Assembly: GCF_006345805.1 (NCBI RefSeq)
Contig: NC_043012.1
Coordinates: 50,344,001 to 50,408,000, forward strand
DNA: 64,000 nt
Source: Octopus sinensis
Taxonomy: Eukaryota
Direction: 5' to 3'
Shown here: positions 52,231 to 64,000 of the stretch, piece by piece
Layout: each line of letters starts with the position of its first letter
Numbering within the stretch: the first letter of the stretch is position 1
Position numbers and translations under genes: made by a program
The notes under the pieces: model-generated
Told to the model about the DNA's origin: nothing
What the model saw: the letters and a program-made list of their open reading frames with translations, nothing else
Database searches by the model: none

Positions 52231-54040
52231 TACTTCTTCATTCCACATGGACTTGATGATCAGAAGAAAACCGATTGTATGCGAAAATTTTTACATACGT
52301 GTTTTCAGAATATATTTACAGGAATACATAGGTACTGTGCAATCCTGGACTAATGAGCATTAGTATTATTAAAACAGTTATCTTCATTTTGATATTTTAT
52401 GATTTATTTTTTATAATTTTTATAATGTTTTTTCAAAACACATCGTTTCAATATCAAATTTTCTGAAAGTTGCTTTAATGTTGTCTGTATTTAATTACGT
52501 TCTTATTTAAACATATTTTCGTCGGGATATTTGTCTACAGTTCCATCTTACATCAAACTAATGTATAGCCTATATTAATTTTATATATCATATATGCTTC
52601 ATATCCATAATAAGCACATTCTGTAATCGATATAATGTCGTGTATCATAATGCCATCTCGGTTATGTAGTTAATAGACATTTAGTATACTACATGTCATA
52701 ATTTTAATTACACACATACATGCATACGTAAACACATCTACAAATGCATACATGCGTACATAAATACAATCGTATATGCATACATATGTAGATACATGCA
52801 TACATAGAGAGAGAGAGAAAGAGAGATAGAAAGAGAGAGTCAGACAGACTGACATGCAGACAGACAGACAGACAGTGAGATAGTAAAGCAGAGAGTAATC
52901 TCTGTAACTACTGGGCGATTCACATGTATTATACGTAATATACTTAATTAAGAAATATTTTTGAGTGATAAGACATCAGGAAAAAATTGAAATTTTTTTA
53001 ACAGTTCTATATAATAAGGATCTGTTTTCTTTCAGGTTTACATAGAGTGCATTATTTTTTAACCGTTGATATTTTCCTCTGTAACATTGTCCATGTTTAA
53101 AACATTCGGCATTTCTTAGTGTGCTGAAAGAATTGTCCGACAGGGAATAAAAGCTCCTTCTCATGCCATTGACCCTCTAAGCTAAAAAGTAGATTGAACA
53201 AGTTTACGTTTCTATTTCTTATTTCGAGGCGGAAATCTAGCATACTAAGTGAATACTAACTTCCCAATAAAAGTGCAAGATCTCATACGACTTGTTCTGT
53301 TGCACTCTCGTTTCAAGATATATTTACCTAGATTAAATTGAATATTCTCCTACTGATGTAGTCGAGTAATTATCTGCGTGTTGCTGGTAAAGTGATTATT
53401 GTAATATCTGTGAATATATACGATTTCATTCACGAGTTTCCTGAAGGTGTTCTCTTCTGACTTCAGATCAAAATAATATGCATTTATTTTCTTATGAAAA
53501 CAGCGGACAGAAATTCAAATTATCAATATTTTTTTTATTACTTCTCTATACGTATATAATCACATCTATCAGTGATTATGTTTAGATAGTAGAAATATGA
53601 AGGGTATATAGAAATAAGAACCATATTTTAGCGTGAGATACGGACGTTTTCATTTCGTATTAACTTCGAAGAAAGCAAATATATGTGAACTTATTTCGTA
53701 TTCCACTCTTCCTATATTTATTCTGCATAAATCGGATTATTTATTTGCTAAAAAGTATAATAAAATAGTGCATACAATATCATTTATTTTCCAGCCAACA
53801 ATGATGGCAGCGTCACAACATTTCAATGGCCTTCTACAAGATTTAATACATTAGGATTTGAAATTGAAAACTGATATTGAGTAAAATAAGTATTGTAAGA
53901 ATCTAAGCGCTTATATAACGTTTAGAACCAAATCTTTTGTTGATGATTACTAGACACGCGGAATCAATTACATACAAACATACACAGACAGATATATTTA
54001 TGTATGTGAGAGCGCGAAGCTTTCTCTCCGTCACACACAC

Positions 54041-54360
<320 letters not shown>

Positions 54361-54558
54361 ACATGCATGTAAGTATGTTTGTATGTATGTATGTATGTTG
54401 CAATAGGATACTATAACATTATTTCATCATCGCCATACGTTATTTTCGTGTTTTCGAGATATTCTATATATGGTATTAAGTGAGGCGGAGGTAAACAATA
54501 GCTATTCACTAAACGCTTTTGTTATTTTCCACTTTGAAGTGATAGATGTGTTTCGCAG

Positions 54559-54747
54559 AGTCATAGGTGTTACCGTGCCAGCTATTATTTTGAGAGTATC
54601 AAATTTTGAAAATCATATAGCTCTCCCCAACCCACTTAGTCTCCTTCGTAGCCCAGACTATCTCACCACTAATCTTTCTATCTCTATCAAAAATGCATTA
54701 TCGTCTCGTCTGTGTCTTGATGCTGTTCGAGACTCAGGCAAGAAAAG
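54559..54747 (+). CDS. Speculative symmetric phase-2 exon within the 93-aa ORF
   Basis: TGTTTCGCAG acceptor, AG|GTAATT donor, 189 nt open. Confidence 0.18.
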
Positions 54748-55508
54748 GTAATTTATTTTTACAGTCAATGCAATTAATATGCACCCCCCCCACTCCCCAT
54801 ATGTTTTTATGAATATTTTTAATCGATTTTTATATCTTATTTTCTTTTCTTTATATTAGAGATAATATATATGTGCAGGCTTAACTTTCATCTATTGTTA
54901 TCGTATTAATGCTTATGTATACATAAACTCATAGACATATAAATACAAGAAAGCACACATCACACACACACAGATACACACACACATGTACATATGTGTA
55001 TGTATATGTGCATATATATACATATATATATATACATATATATAAATAAATATATACGTATATATACATATATATAAATGACTCTCTCTATATATATACA
55101 TATAATCTGGTATGTATAAGTATGTGTGCATATATTTTTACATATATTTGTGTACGTAAATACATATATAAGTGTGTGCGTGTGTGTGTGTGTGTGTGTG
55201 TGGTGTACGAGCCCGCGTGTCCATGTCTATGCGTGTACGCTTGAGTCTGAATGTGTAGGTATGTGTCCTCTGTATTTTCCCACCCTATTCCATTAGGAAA
55301 AAAATCGCTTTGCCAGTAGCCATTGTTGATCAGGCGTACTTTGATATTGTTACTAATTATTAATCGGACGAGAAAATTTAAAATTATCTTCTATATGATG
55401 CTTTGAAAATTACACACCCATATATTAACACTGAAACATGACACACAGTTTATGTGAATATAAATATGTATACGCATATTTTTATACAGTAATATATAGA
55501 AGCCCAAG

Positions 55509-55564
<56 letters not shown>

Positions 55565-55687
55565 GTATATATATATGTATATATATATATACATATATAT
55601 ATACATATATATATATATACATATATGTATATATATATATAATATATAAATATATGTATATATATATGTGTATATATGTGCACATAT

Positions 55688-55743
<56 letters not shown>

Positions 55744-56724
55744 TATATATATATATATACACACAAATAGAGACATATAGGAGGGAGCGAGAGAGATAGG
55801 GAGATTGCGAGTGAGTGGGTGAGACCTATATGTGTGTGTAAATAGGCAATTGTCTTTGTTCTTAATGAATACAGTCACATAAATAGGCACATACATGCTT
55901 ACATACGCGTACACATATATAAAATTTTCTGGTTGCTATGGTGCTATGGAAATCACTTTGACCAAAATCAAAATGGTCGTTTTGTAGATTATAAACTAAT
56001 GTTTGTAAGATATCAAAGAACATTAAATCTATAACCGGATTCCTTCCTTCATAAACTTTGTAAAGTATATTTTTGAAGGGAGTAATATTTGGGAGTATTT
56101 AACTAAACCCCTAATGAAGTTTGTACTACTTATCGTAAACGTTAGTATTAATTACACTCATAATAAATTAATAATTAATGCATTGGCGTTAAGTTTGACT
56201 AAAACACTTGAGAATAGTTGCATATAAGTGAGAAAATATGAGCTACCTGCACGTGGTGATTTAACTTGCTAGAAACATCAGTCAAATCTCTTAACAAATC
56301 GAACCCTACGTTTCTAAATTGCGAACAAATGTTGTATGATGTGAGGTGAGATGGTCAGGGATTTCCTGTATAGATTTACCCGAAAGTTTGGGATATTTCT
56401 CTTCGTCGTACAGCAACAACTTTTACATGATCCTACTACATAATCTATTACGTACTTTTGATTAAACAATTTAATCTCTAAACCAAACAAATCTGGCTCC
56501 ACTCAGCTGGTAAAAAAGACATCTTATACAATAGAGATATATATCACGAAGAGAGTATTTCAATCCAATAGGTATGTGCCTGAGACAAGTTGGTTCAGGC
56601 GAATTCATGGGAAAAGTGATGAGATCATAAATGAAAAGAATTTTGCGAATAATAGTTTATTTATAAGCAACATACGAACACTGTATGGACCACAACAATA
56701 AATGTCGGTTTGTGTTTTAATAAA

Positions 56725-57335
56725 CAGGGTTTTCGGACAAAATTTGACAGTTTGCAAAAAGGAAGAGAAAACTCAATATCACGTACAAAAGTAAAGTATT
56801 TTTAAAAATTAAAAAAAAAAACATGAACTAGATTGTGGCTGGAAGATTAAGGTTTATTCAAAGCATCCACCCTCAGCTTACACTACAGCTTGAAGGCAGA
56901 TCCGGAATTTGGCACATGCGTTTGTTATTGCGTGTCGAGGTAGATCTTCGAACACCTCCTTTATCTCGGCCACCAGCTCAGCCTCGGTGCTGAAAAAAGA
57001 GAGATTGGTGTCTTCGTGAGCCACGCCCTACTAGTAACAACCCACGGTATTAAAGTAGGGCTAAATAGGAAACTAGGAATTTAGGTAGACAAAGTCGAAG
57101 AAATTCGCCGTCAACTAATTTCGACATTTTCCGAAGTTATGGCAAGAAGCCGAAAACTTGGTATATATATAGCCTTCCAGAAGCATTTCTCTTCAATAAT
57201 TGAATGATCACGTTCTCCAGCCCTCTCACATAACCCACTGAGTTGAGACTAAGGCCCTGCCCATAGATGAAAGATCAACTCCGGCGTACGAACGCTGTAG
57301 CAATGCCTGCTTTTCCCTTCCTGCAGGACACGGTT
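56725..57335 (-). mobile_element. Decayed Tc1/mariner-superfamily (maT/DD37D-like) DNA transposon, internally deleted
   Basis: Frameshifted pieces VRTPEL; GLSLNSVGYVRGLE..GRLYIYQ; SASCH..ANFFDF; FSTEAELVAEIKEVFEDLPRHAITNACAKFRICLQAVV*AEGGCFE*. Terminus CAGGGT at 56725. Confidence 0.85.
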
Positions 57336-57361
57336 TCGCTACATGTGTCTGTATCAAGTCT

Positions 57362-57406
<45 letters not shown>

Positions 57407-58251
57407 TATACATCATAGCATTTACACACATACATATATTGCAGAAGGGCAGTTTTACTTTCTCTTTCTCCCTATTTCGCTCTCTCTCTCTCTCAAATAT
57501 TGCGTGTTCATGTGTGTATATGATTCCGTTTGTTTAATAATCAACAAGAGATTAGTTTACTAAACTATTTACAGAATAGTGAGCAGTGAGTAGCAGTCAT
57601 ATCTTCCGCAATTTGATACACAGCAGTGTGGGTAGTTCGTTTCTCGCATGTTGATGGTTTCCACTCCTGTATGTCAGGTAACATTTCTCAATTGCATCGT
57701 TAATCGTTATAATCTCCAACAACGCTCACCAATACATGAAATTCTCCTGGAAAAAGATACATAAAATTTGTGACATTCAGTGCGAATACTCAATATAAAT
57801 GAACTCAACCCACAAGTGTCCAAATTCAATAGTAAAGTTCATATTTGATCTACTTGGTCAGTAAAAAACGTACAAAAAGGTGTAACGTGCATGAAGTTTA
57901 TCAATATGTGTGAGGGGTGGGAAAACTTTATGAAGGAAGACCAAGGGAACGGTGAAAACATAAGCTGTATCGTATCAAACATTTGGCGTCATGTAAAATA
58001 GATAGACTTCAGAAGCAGAAATGATTAGTGTGGACTACACAAAGTGTAACAAAGCACAATACGGAATAAGAAATAAATAATTAAGTAAAAGAAAATATTT
58101 GAAACAACTTGCGTCTTATATTTACTCACATTTACTCGAATATGATATAGCAATAGAAGCAAATGTGAGGTCACTCACGACTAGAATGTTCACCATTTTT
58201 AATATTTGATCGACACAAAGCAGCAAAATATTAGTGCGAAAACAATATTCG

Positions 58252-58417
58252 ATAGGCGTAGGAGTGGCTGAGTGGCAAGTAGCTTTCTAACGAACCACAC
58301 GTTTCGGGTTCAGTACCAATGCGTGGCACCTTGGGCAAGTGTCTTCTACTATAGCCTCGGGCCGTCCAAAGCGTTGTGAGTGGATATTTGGTAGACGGAA
58401 ACTGACAGAAGCCCGTC

Positions 58418-58488
<71 letters not shown>

Positions 58489-58505
58489 TATATATATATA
58501 TATAA

Positions 58506-58547
<42 letters not shown>

Positions 58548-58548
58548 A

Positions 58549-58580
<32 letters not shown>

Positions 58581-58587
58581 AATGTAT

Positions 58588-58661
<74 letters not shown>

Positions 58662-58897
58662 GTATGTATGCATGTGTATGTATATGGTTGTGTGTCTGTG
58701 TTTGTCCCCCTAACATCGCTTGACAACCGATGCTGGTGTGTTTACGTATTCGTAAGCTAGCGGTTTGAGAAAAACAGACCGATAGAATATGTACAAAGGT
58801 TACAAAGAATAAGTCCTGGGGTCGATTTGGTCGACTAAAGGCAATGCTTAAGCATGGCCACAGCCAAATGACTGAAACAAGTAAAAAAGTAAAATAG
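58252..58897 (+). mobile_element. SINE family A with about 250 bp of internal (TA)n
   Basis: Full head, core and tail. Confidence 0.9.
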
Positions 58898-59668
58898 TAT
58901 AAGCAATATATTACGACTCAAACTATTTTACTCTGCCTTATCTTCCAAGTCACTATTTGAACACAGAGAAACCAGTGTTGCAGCAACAAAATATATGAAT
59001 ACATCCCTAAGCGACAAGACAAAATGCACTCAAAATGATGTAATGACCTTTCATTGAGATTTGCACTATATTCTAAACCATACTGTCCCGTGTACTATTT
59101 TTTCTGAACATAGAAATATACTTACAACACATCAGGACACTACAACAAAAGCATGCACAGAGCAATGTCACTCTCAGTCAGTTAAGACGGTTATAACCAC
59201 ATAATAACATAATGATAACTGTATTAACCATTAGCGTTGCTCGATCATGGACACTAAATATTGCTACCACTATTACGCCCCTAACCTTACACAACTTGCA
59301 TTGATTCAACAGTAACCAACACTCTTACGAACAAGAAATCTTCACCAAAACATAAATGGAAAGTTTTAAATATGCGCAGTGAGATAAGATTTTAATTAAT
59401 AAAGTAATAATATTGGCCTGATGTGCAAGTCAGTTTCCCAAATGTATCACTTATTTAGTTAGAGGAAAATTTCCCTCCTATGCAGCGAAAACTCAATTCT
59501 ACAAAGATTTAGATATGGTATACTGTGTGCAATTTCTGCATCTCGATACCAGAAAGGCACATTGAAGTGAATTTCCCAGAGGTTTCAGCTACCTATAGTA
59601 TTTATATGCAAATGTCGTTGATACTTCTTCTGCTAATCTTTTCCATTTTAAAAGATTATAATATAATA

Positions 59669-59830
59669 GTATTTCGCATGCCGCTACGTTCTGAGTTCAA
59701 ATTCCGCCGACTTTACCTTTCATCCTTTCGGGGTCGATTAAATAAGTACCGGTTATGCACTGGGGTCGATATAATCGACTTAATCCGCTTGTTTGTTCTT
59801 GTTTATCCCCTCTGTGGGCAGTAAAGAAAT
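59669..59830 (+). mobile_element. SINE family B, 5'-truncated, 14-bp TSD
   Basis: AAGATTATAATATA at 59652-59665 and 59831-59844. Confidence 0.9.
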
Positions 59831-61842
59831 AAGATTATAATATAATAGTTTGCCAAATATTCTTTGAATTTACTCTATTAGAACTATTTGGAATATGCTG
59901 AATACTCCATTGAGTGATTGCTCCTCTTTGCGTATACATAATATTCTGAAATATATCTCAGTCCAATTTGTAAGGAAATGTTATGCTCTGACTGGCAGTG
60001 CTTATCAGAATACAAATACTCACTTCTCTGTGCTAGAATGTCAATTTCTGTGATCAAAACGGATTGGAATCAACTTCCACCATCATGTCAACAACGGATG
60101 ATTTCTGATTTACATTCATTTAGGCATATCATTCCATTCCCGTCGAGATAAAAACGTTAACAATGTTAAATTCAATGATTACACGAAACGAAACTTTTCG
60201 CTATTTTACACCATACTCTCTGTATTGTAAACAAATGTTTTTGGTCTCGCCGAAACAATGTGCATATTGCCGTAATCAAAATTTAAGAGAAATAGTAAAA
60301 ATTCTGGTAAGCAGATTGTATTCTGAGACTATCTCTACATGCTGTCAATTGTCAACGTTTAACTTCCAAATCCTCTGTGCTAAAGAGTACTGACTAGTAT
60401 ATACGTTTCCTATATTTGAAACAGGCGAGTATTTTGTGAGACTGAAACTTTGAACTCATATAATTAAGGCATTTTAGTGTAATTTAACATCAATCCTTTG
60501 CATAAAGACCCTGAATATTTAACATAACGTGCCACTGCCTCTTGACAGGTTTTGTGACGCGCGGATAGTGATAATTTCTTTGCTAAGTCTATATTTACAT
60601 TTGCTCTTTCTGTTTAAATCAATCCACTTAGATCGAGCAAAACAACGATGAAAGGATTTCCAGTTGTGACAGAAAATCAGTGGGATATGTATTACTACAT
60701 TATCTGTTGTGTCTTATCCAGTATGTAAGTATAATTTGAGGGGAATATGGTTCCTATTTCTAGCAAATGAAACTATCAAGAAGAGACCAACTTGCTGGCT
60801 TGTCTTTTATTTGTTTATAAAGCATAATGATATGATGTTTGATATATATTTATCTGTGTGCGATTACGTTTGGAACAATTTCAATACGAAGAAGTATGTT
60901 ACTGGAAATGTATATAACTTACAAGCTTCTATTAAGTCCCCTTTTCTCTAAATTCGTGTCGGAAATCGCATATAATTTGCGGCCAGATCATTAGTGATTG
61001 TAATATATTTCTAAAGTATGTCATGTGTTTCTTTATTGAGATCGCATGGAAATACGTATACTAGCTTTATATTTAGGAGCAGAATTGTTTTATACTCTTT
61101 TGTTGCTGTATTTTATTAGAAAGAGACTTGATCTAAGAACACTCAACTAACTACATAACTGAGCCATCAATGTTTAAGTTTCCGCTACAGTAAATTCGTA
61201 TAAAAGAAACAAAAATAAAGAGAAAAAAAACCTCCTCAAAACAACAAAACTGAGTTGTATGTAGTTTATAATATACAAGAAGTAAAACACTGCTCAGAAG
61301 AAATTTAGGCAATATAATTTTATTACATCTCACCTGAATTATTGTTGACTATTATAAGACACAATGAGAATAACTATTGTTATATGTATGTACTCTCAGA
61401 CTGGGGTCGATGCCAAAGATTTCCAAAAGTGTTCATACAATTAAACATAAATTTTACTAGACTTTCTCAAGAATTACAGTGCGAAAGACAGCTTAGATAT
61501 AAAACCCCGTGTCTCTACGACGAATCACTCTAATGACGGTTAAGAAACCATTAAAAACATGACCGCTTACAATTACCTTTCGGAAACTAAAGTGAAATTA
61601 TTGCTCTGGCACCAAAAGTATTTGCAGTGTGTCATAAACTTTGATTACAGAATAGACATCGGAAAGATGGAGCTTATGCTGTTACTTATTCTAAGTCGAA
61701 ACTATGTATTTGTCTTTTCAAATAATTTTCGATGTGCACGAAGCAAAACATTCAGTATGCATATACAAAAATATATACTAACACACGCGTGCACAGACAC
61801 ACATGTACGCAACACGCATAAATGTATACGCGTGTTGGAGTA

Positions 61843-61883
<41 letters not shown>

Positions 61884-62066
61884 CGAGAAAGCAGGAAGTG
61901 TGTGAGAGAGAGAGAGGAGGGGAGGGAAAACGAATGAGTGCGATAAAAATCAGAGAGATAGACAGAAGGAGAGGTGCAACGTAAAATATCTACCTAATAT
62001 GTCTATGTATGCATACATATATATATGTATATCTATATATATATCTATATCTATATATATATGTAT

Positions 62067-62121
<55 letters not shown>

Positions 62122-62130
62122 ATATATATA

Positions 62131-62172
<42 letters not shown>

Positions 62173-62289
62173 TATATATTATATATATAGATAGATAGAT
62201 ATAGATATATATAGATATATATGTTTCACACAGACATATATGTGTATATATACATGTGTGTATGTGTTTGTTTTCTGTGTGTGTGTTGT

Positions 62290-62510
62290 AATGCGTGATT
62301 CTGTGGCGACAAGATTGCTTATTGACTACACAATCGTGTGTTTAGTGACTCTGCGTGGTAACTGGGTCTTGTTTCTTCTTCTATGGCCTCCGTCTGAACA
62401 AAGTGTTGTGGGTTGATATGGTAGACAGTAACTCGAAGTATGTCACTGTGTCTGAGTCTGTCATCCAACATCGCTTGACAACCGTTGTAGTTGTGTCTAC
62501 ATTGGCGAAA
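62290..62510 (+). mobile_element. Old, diverged SINE family A-like copy
   Basis: Retains CAACATCGCTTGACAACCG and degenerate core motifs. Confidence 0.55.
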
Positions 62511-62677
62511 CATAGCCTTCGTCCCAAAGAGAACGATGCAATAGTTGATTTATGAAATAATAAATAGATTAGCTGAACTGAAATTACTCACGAGAGTACC
62601 CCAGATTAGCCTCTGCATAATGACTAATACAAATAAAAGACAAAAGGCAATGTGTACACACACACACACACACACTC

Positions 62678-62708
<31 letters not shown>

Positions 62709-62729
62709 TATATACTTTTTTTCTCTTTT

Positions 62730-63021
62730 CCGACCAGGCTGTCAGATGTTGCTACACATCACTGGTCACAATGCGCTTTTCATTGTTTTAGCCTTCAAAT
62801 GACGCCACCCCGCTTGCTAAGCGAGCAGGCCAACAGAAGAAAGAGTGAGAGAAAGTTGTGGCGAAAGAGTACAGTAGGGATCGTCACCACCCCCTGCCGG
62901 AGCCTCGTGGAGCTTTAGGTGTTCTTCGCTCAATAAACACTCACAACGCCCGGTCTGGGAATCGAAACCGCGATTCTACGACCGCAAGTCCGCTGTCCTA
63001 ACCACTGAACCATTGCGCCTC
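62730..63021 (-). mobile_element. SINE family C with extended 3' tail
   Basis: tRNA head at 63021 and a tail shared with 29190-29305. Confidence 0.88.
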
Positions 63022-64000
63022 CACACACACACACACACACACATATATATGTATATAAATATACAGAGAGAGAGAGAGAGAGAGAGAGAAATAAAATATA
63101 AGAAAATACACATTAAGTACAGGATATCACCGACGAATGAAAAGACGTAAACACACAGAGATAATTACAGGACAAAATATGAAAAATAATCAAATTCATC
63201 TTCAGTTGTCGACTGTTCGTTACTACCTGTTTCGTGCTTTCATATATATATATATATATATAGTGAGCGTTTACGAAATAAACAAAAGTCGAAGACAGGT
63301 GGTGTACAAAACAAACAGATGCATTAGTTCATATATATTTATAAATGGAGAACTCCGGTATATGGACGAGAAAAATCACGTTAATCCCATAAACCAGGCT
63401 TCCCCTCTACATCTTAGTGTGTGCTTCCCCGCATATATGTTTCCTACAAACGATCAGTATATATACGTACATACATACACGCACACACATAACCACGTAC
63501 ACATACACACACACAAATATACGCACACACACACACACACGCACACACTTATATATATACACACAATATATATAACCTATGCGTGTTTGCGCATGTAAGT
63601 CTGCGTGCAATGTAGTTAACTATTCTATGTTTAAGATGAATGTTTCTAGAGCATATACGAATATGTACAGTTGTGAATGCGTGCCTACGCGTGCATACCT
63701 AGACGTGTACGTTCTTGTTTCTATATCTTTCTGTATATATTAGTAATTACGTAGATTTATTTATACGTTTATTGGCTAAAATCAAAATATGTATGTGTTT
63801 GCGCATATTTTATATTTTATATCACCACTCGTGAATTTTGTGAGAAAACTATTACCAAACTACATATAATTAAATCACGAGATGAGATTTTGGAAAATTA
63901 TTAAAATTATTGAATTGTACCGATAAAATAATTAGAGTGTAAAAATCCTAACTTACCTTACACATCCGCAAGTACACATTCATGCACACACATTTGTATA

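Overview
This is AT-rich eukaryotic, mostly non-coding DNA packed with microsatellites and tRNA-derived SINEs. The repeat landscape looks like a coleoid cephalopod, most likely Octopus; this is inferred from pattern recognition, not from a search. No host protein-coding gene could be identified with confidence, only a few speculative exons. The recognisable coding sequence is transposon-derived: (1) a near full-length but frameshifted R4/Dong-clade non-LTR retrotransposon (RT plus restriction-like endonuclease) sitting in a (TAA)n array; (2) Penelope-like element (PLE) GIY-YIG endonuclease fragments; (3) a decayed maT/DD37D-like Tc1/mariner transposase; (4) a probable L1/Tx1 tail. There is also a Helentron/HINE-like element and a MITE family with 8-bp TSDs and internal telomere-like TTAGGG tracts. 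The most interesting structure is a repeated PLE 3' module, present four times: end of the GIY-YIG ORF, a tRNA-like A/B-box segment, (TAA)n(CAA)n, then a minimal hammerhead ribozyme. Two copies form a head-to-head inverted pair. Two further PLE-type fragments carry hammerhead variants, and one carries a CRE/CCAAT tandem array. All family assignments come from motif recognition by eye and need RepeatMasker, Dfam, HMMER or Infernal confirmation.
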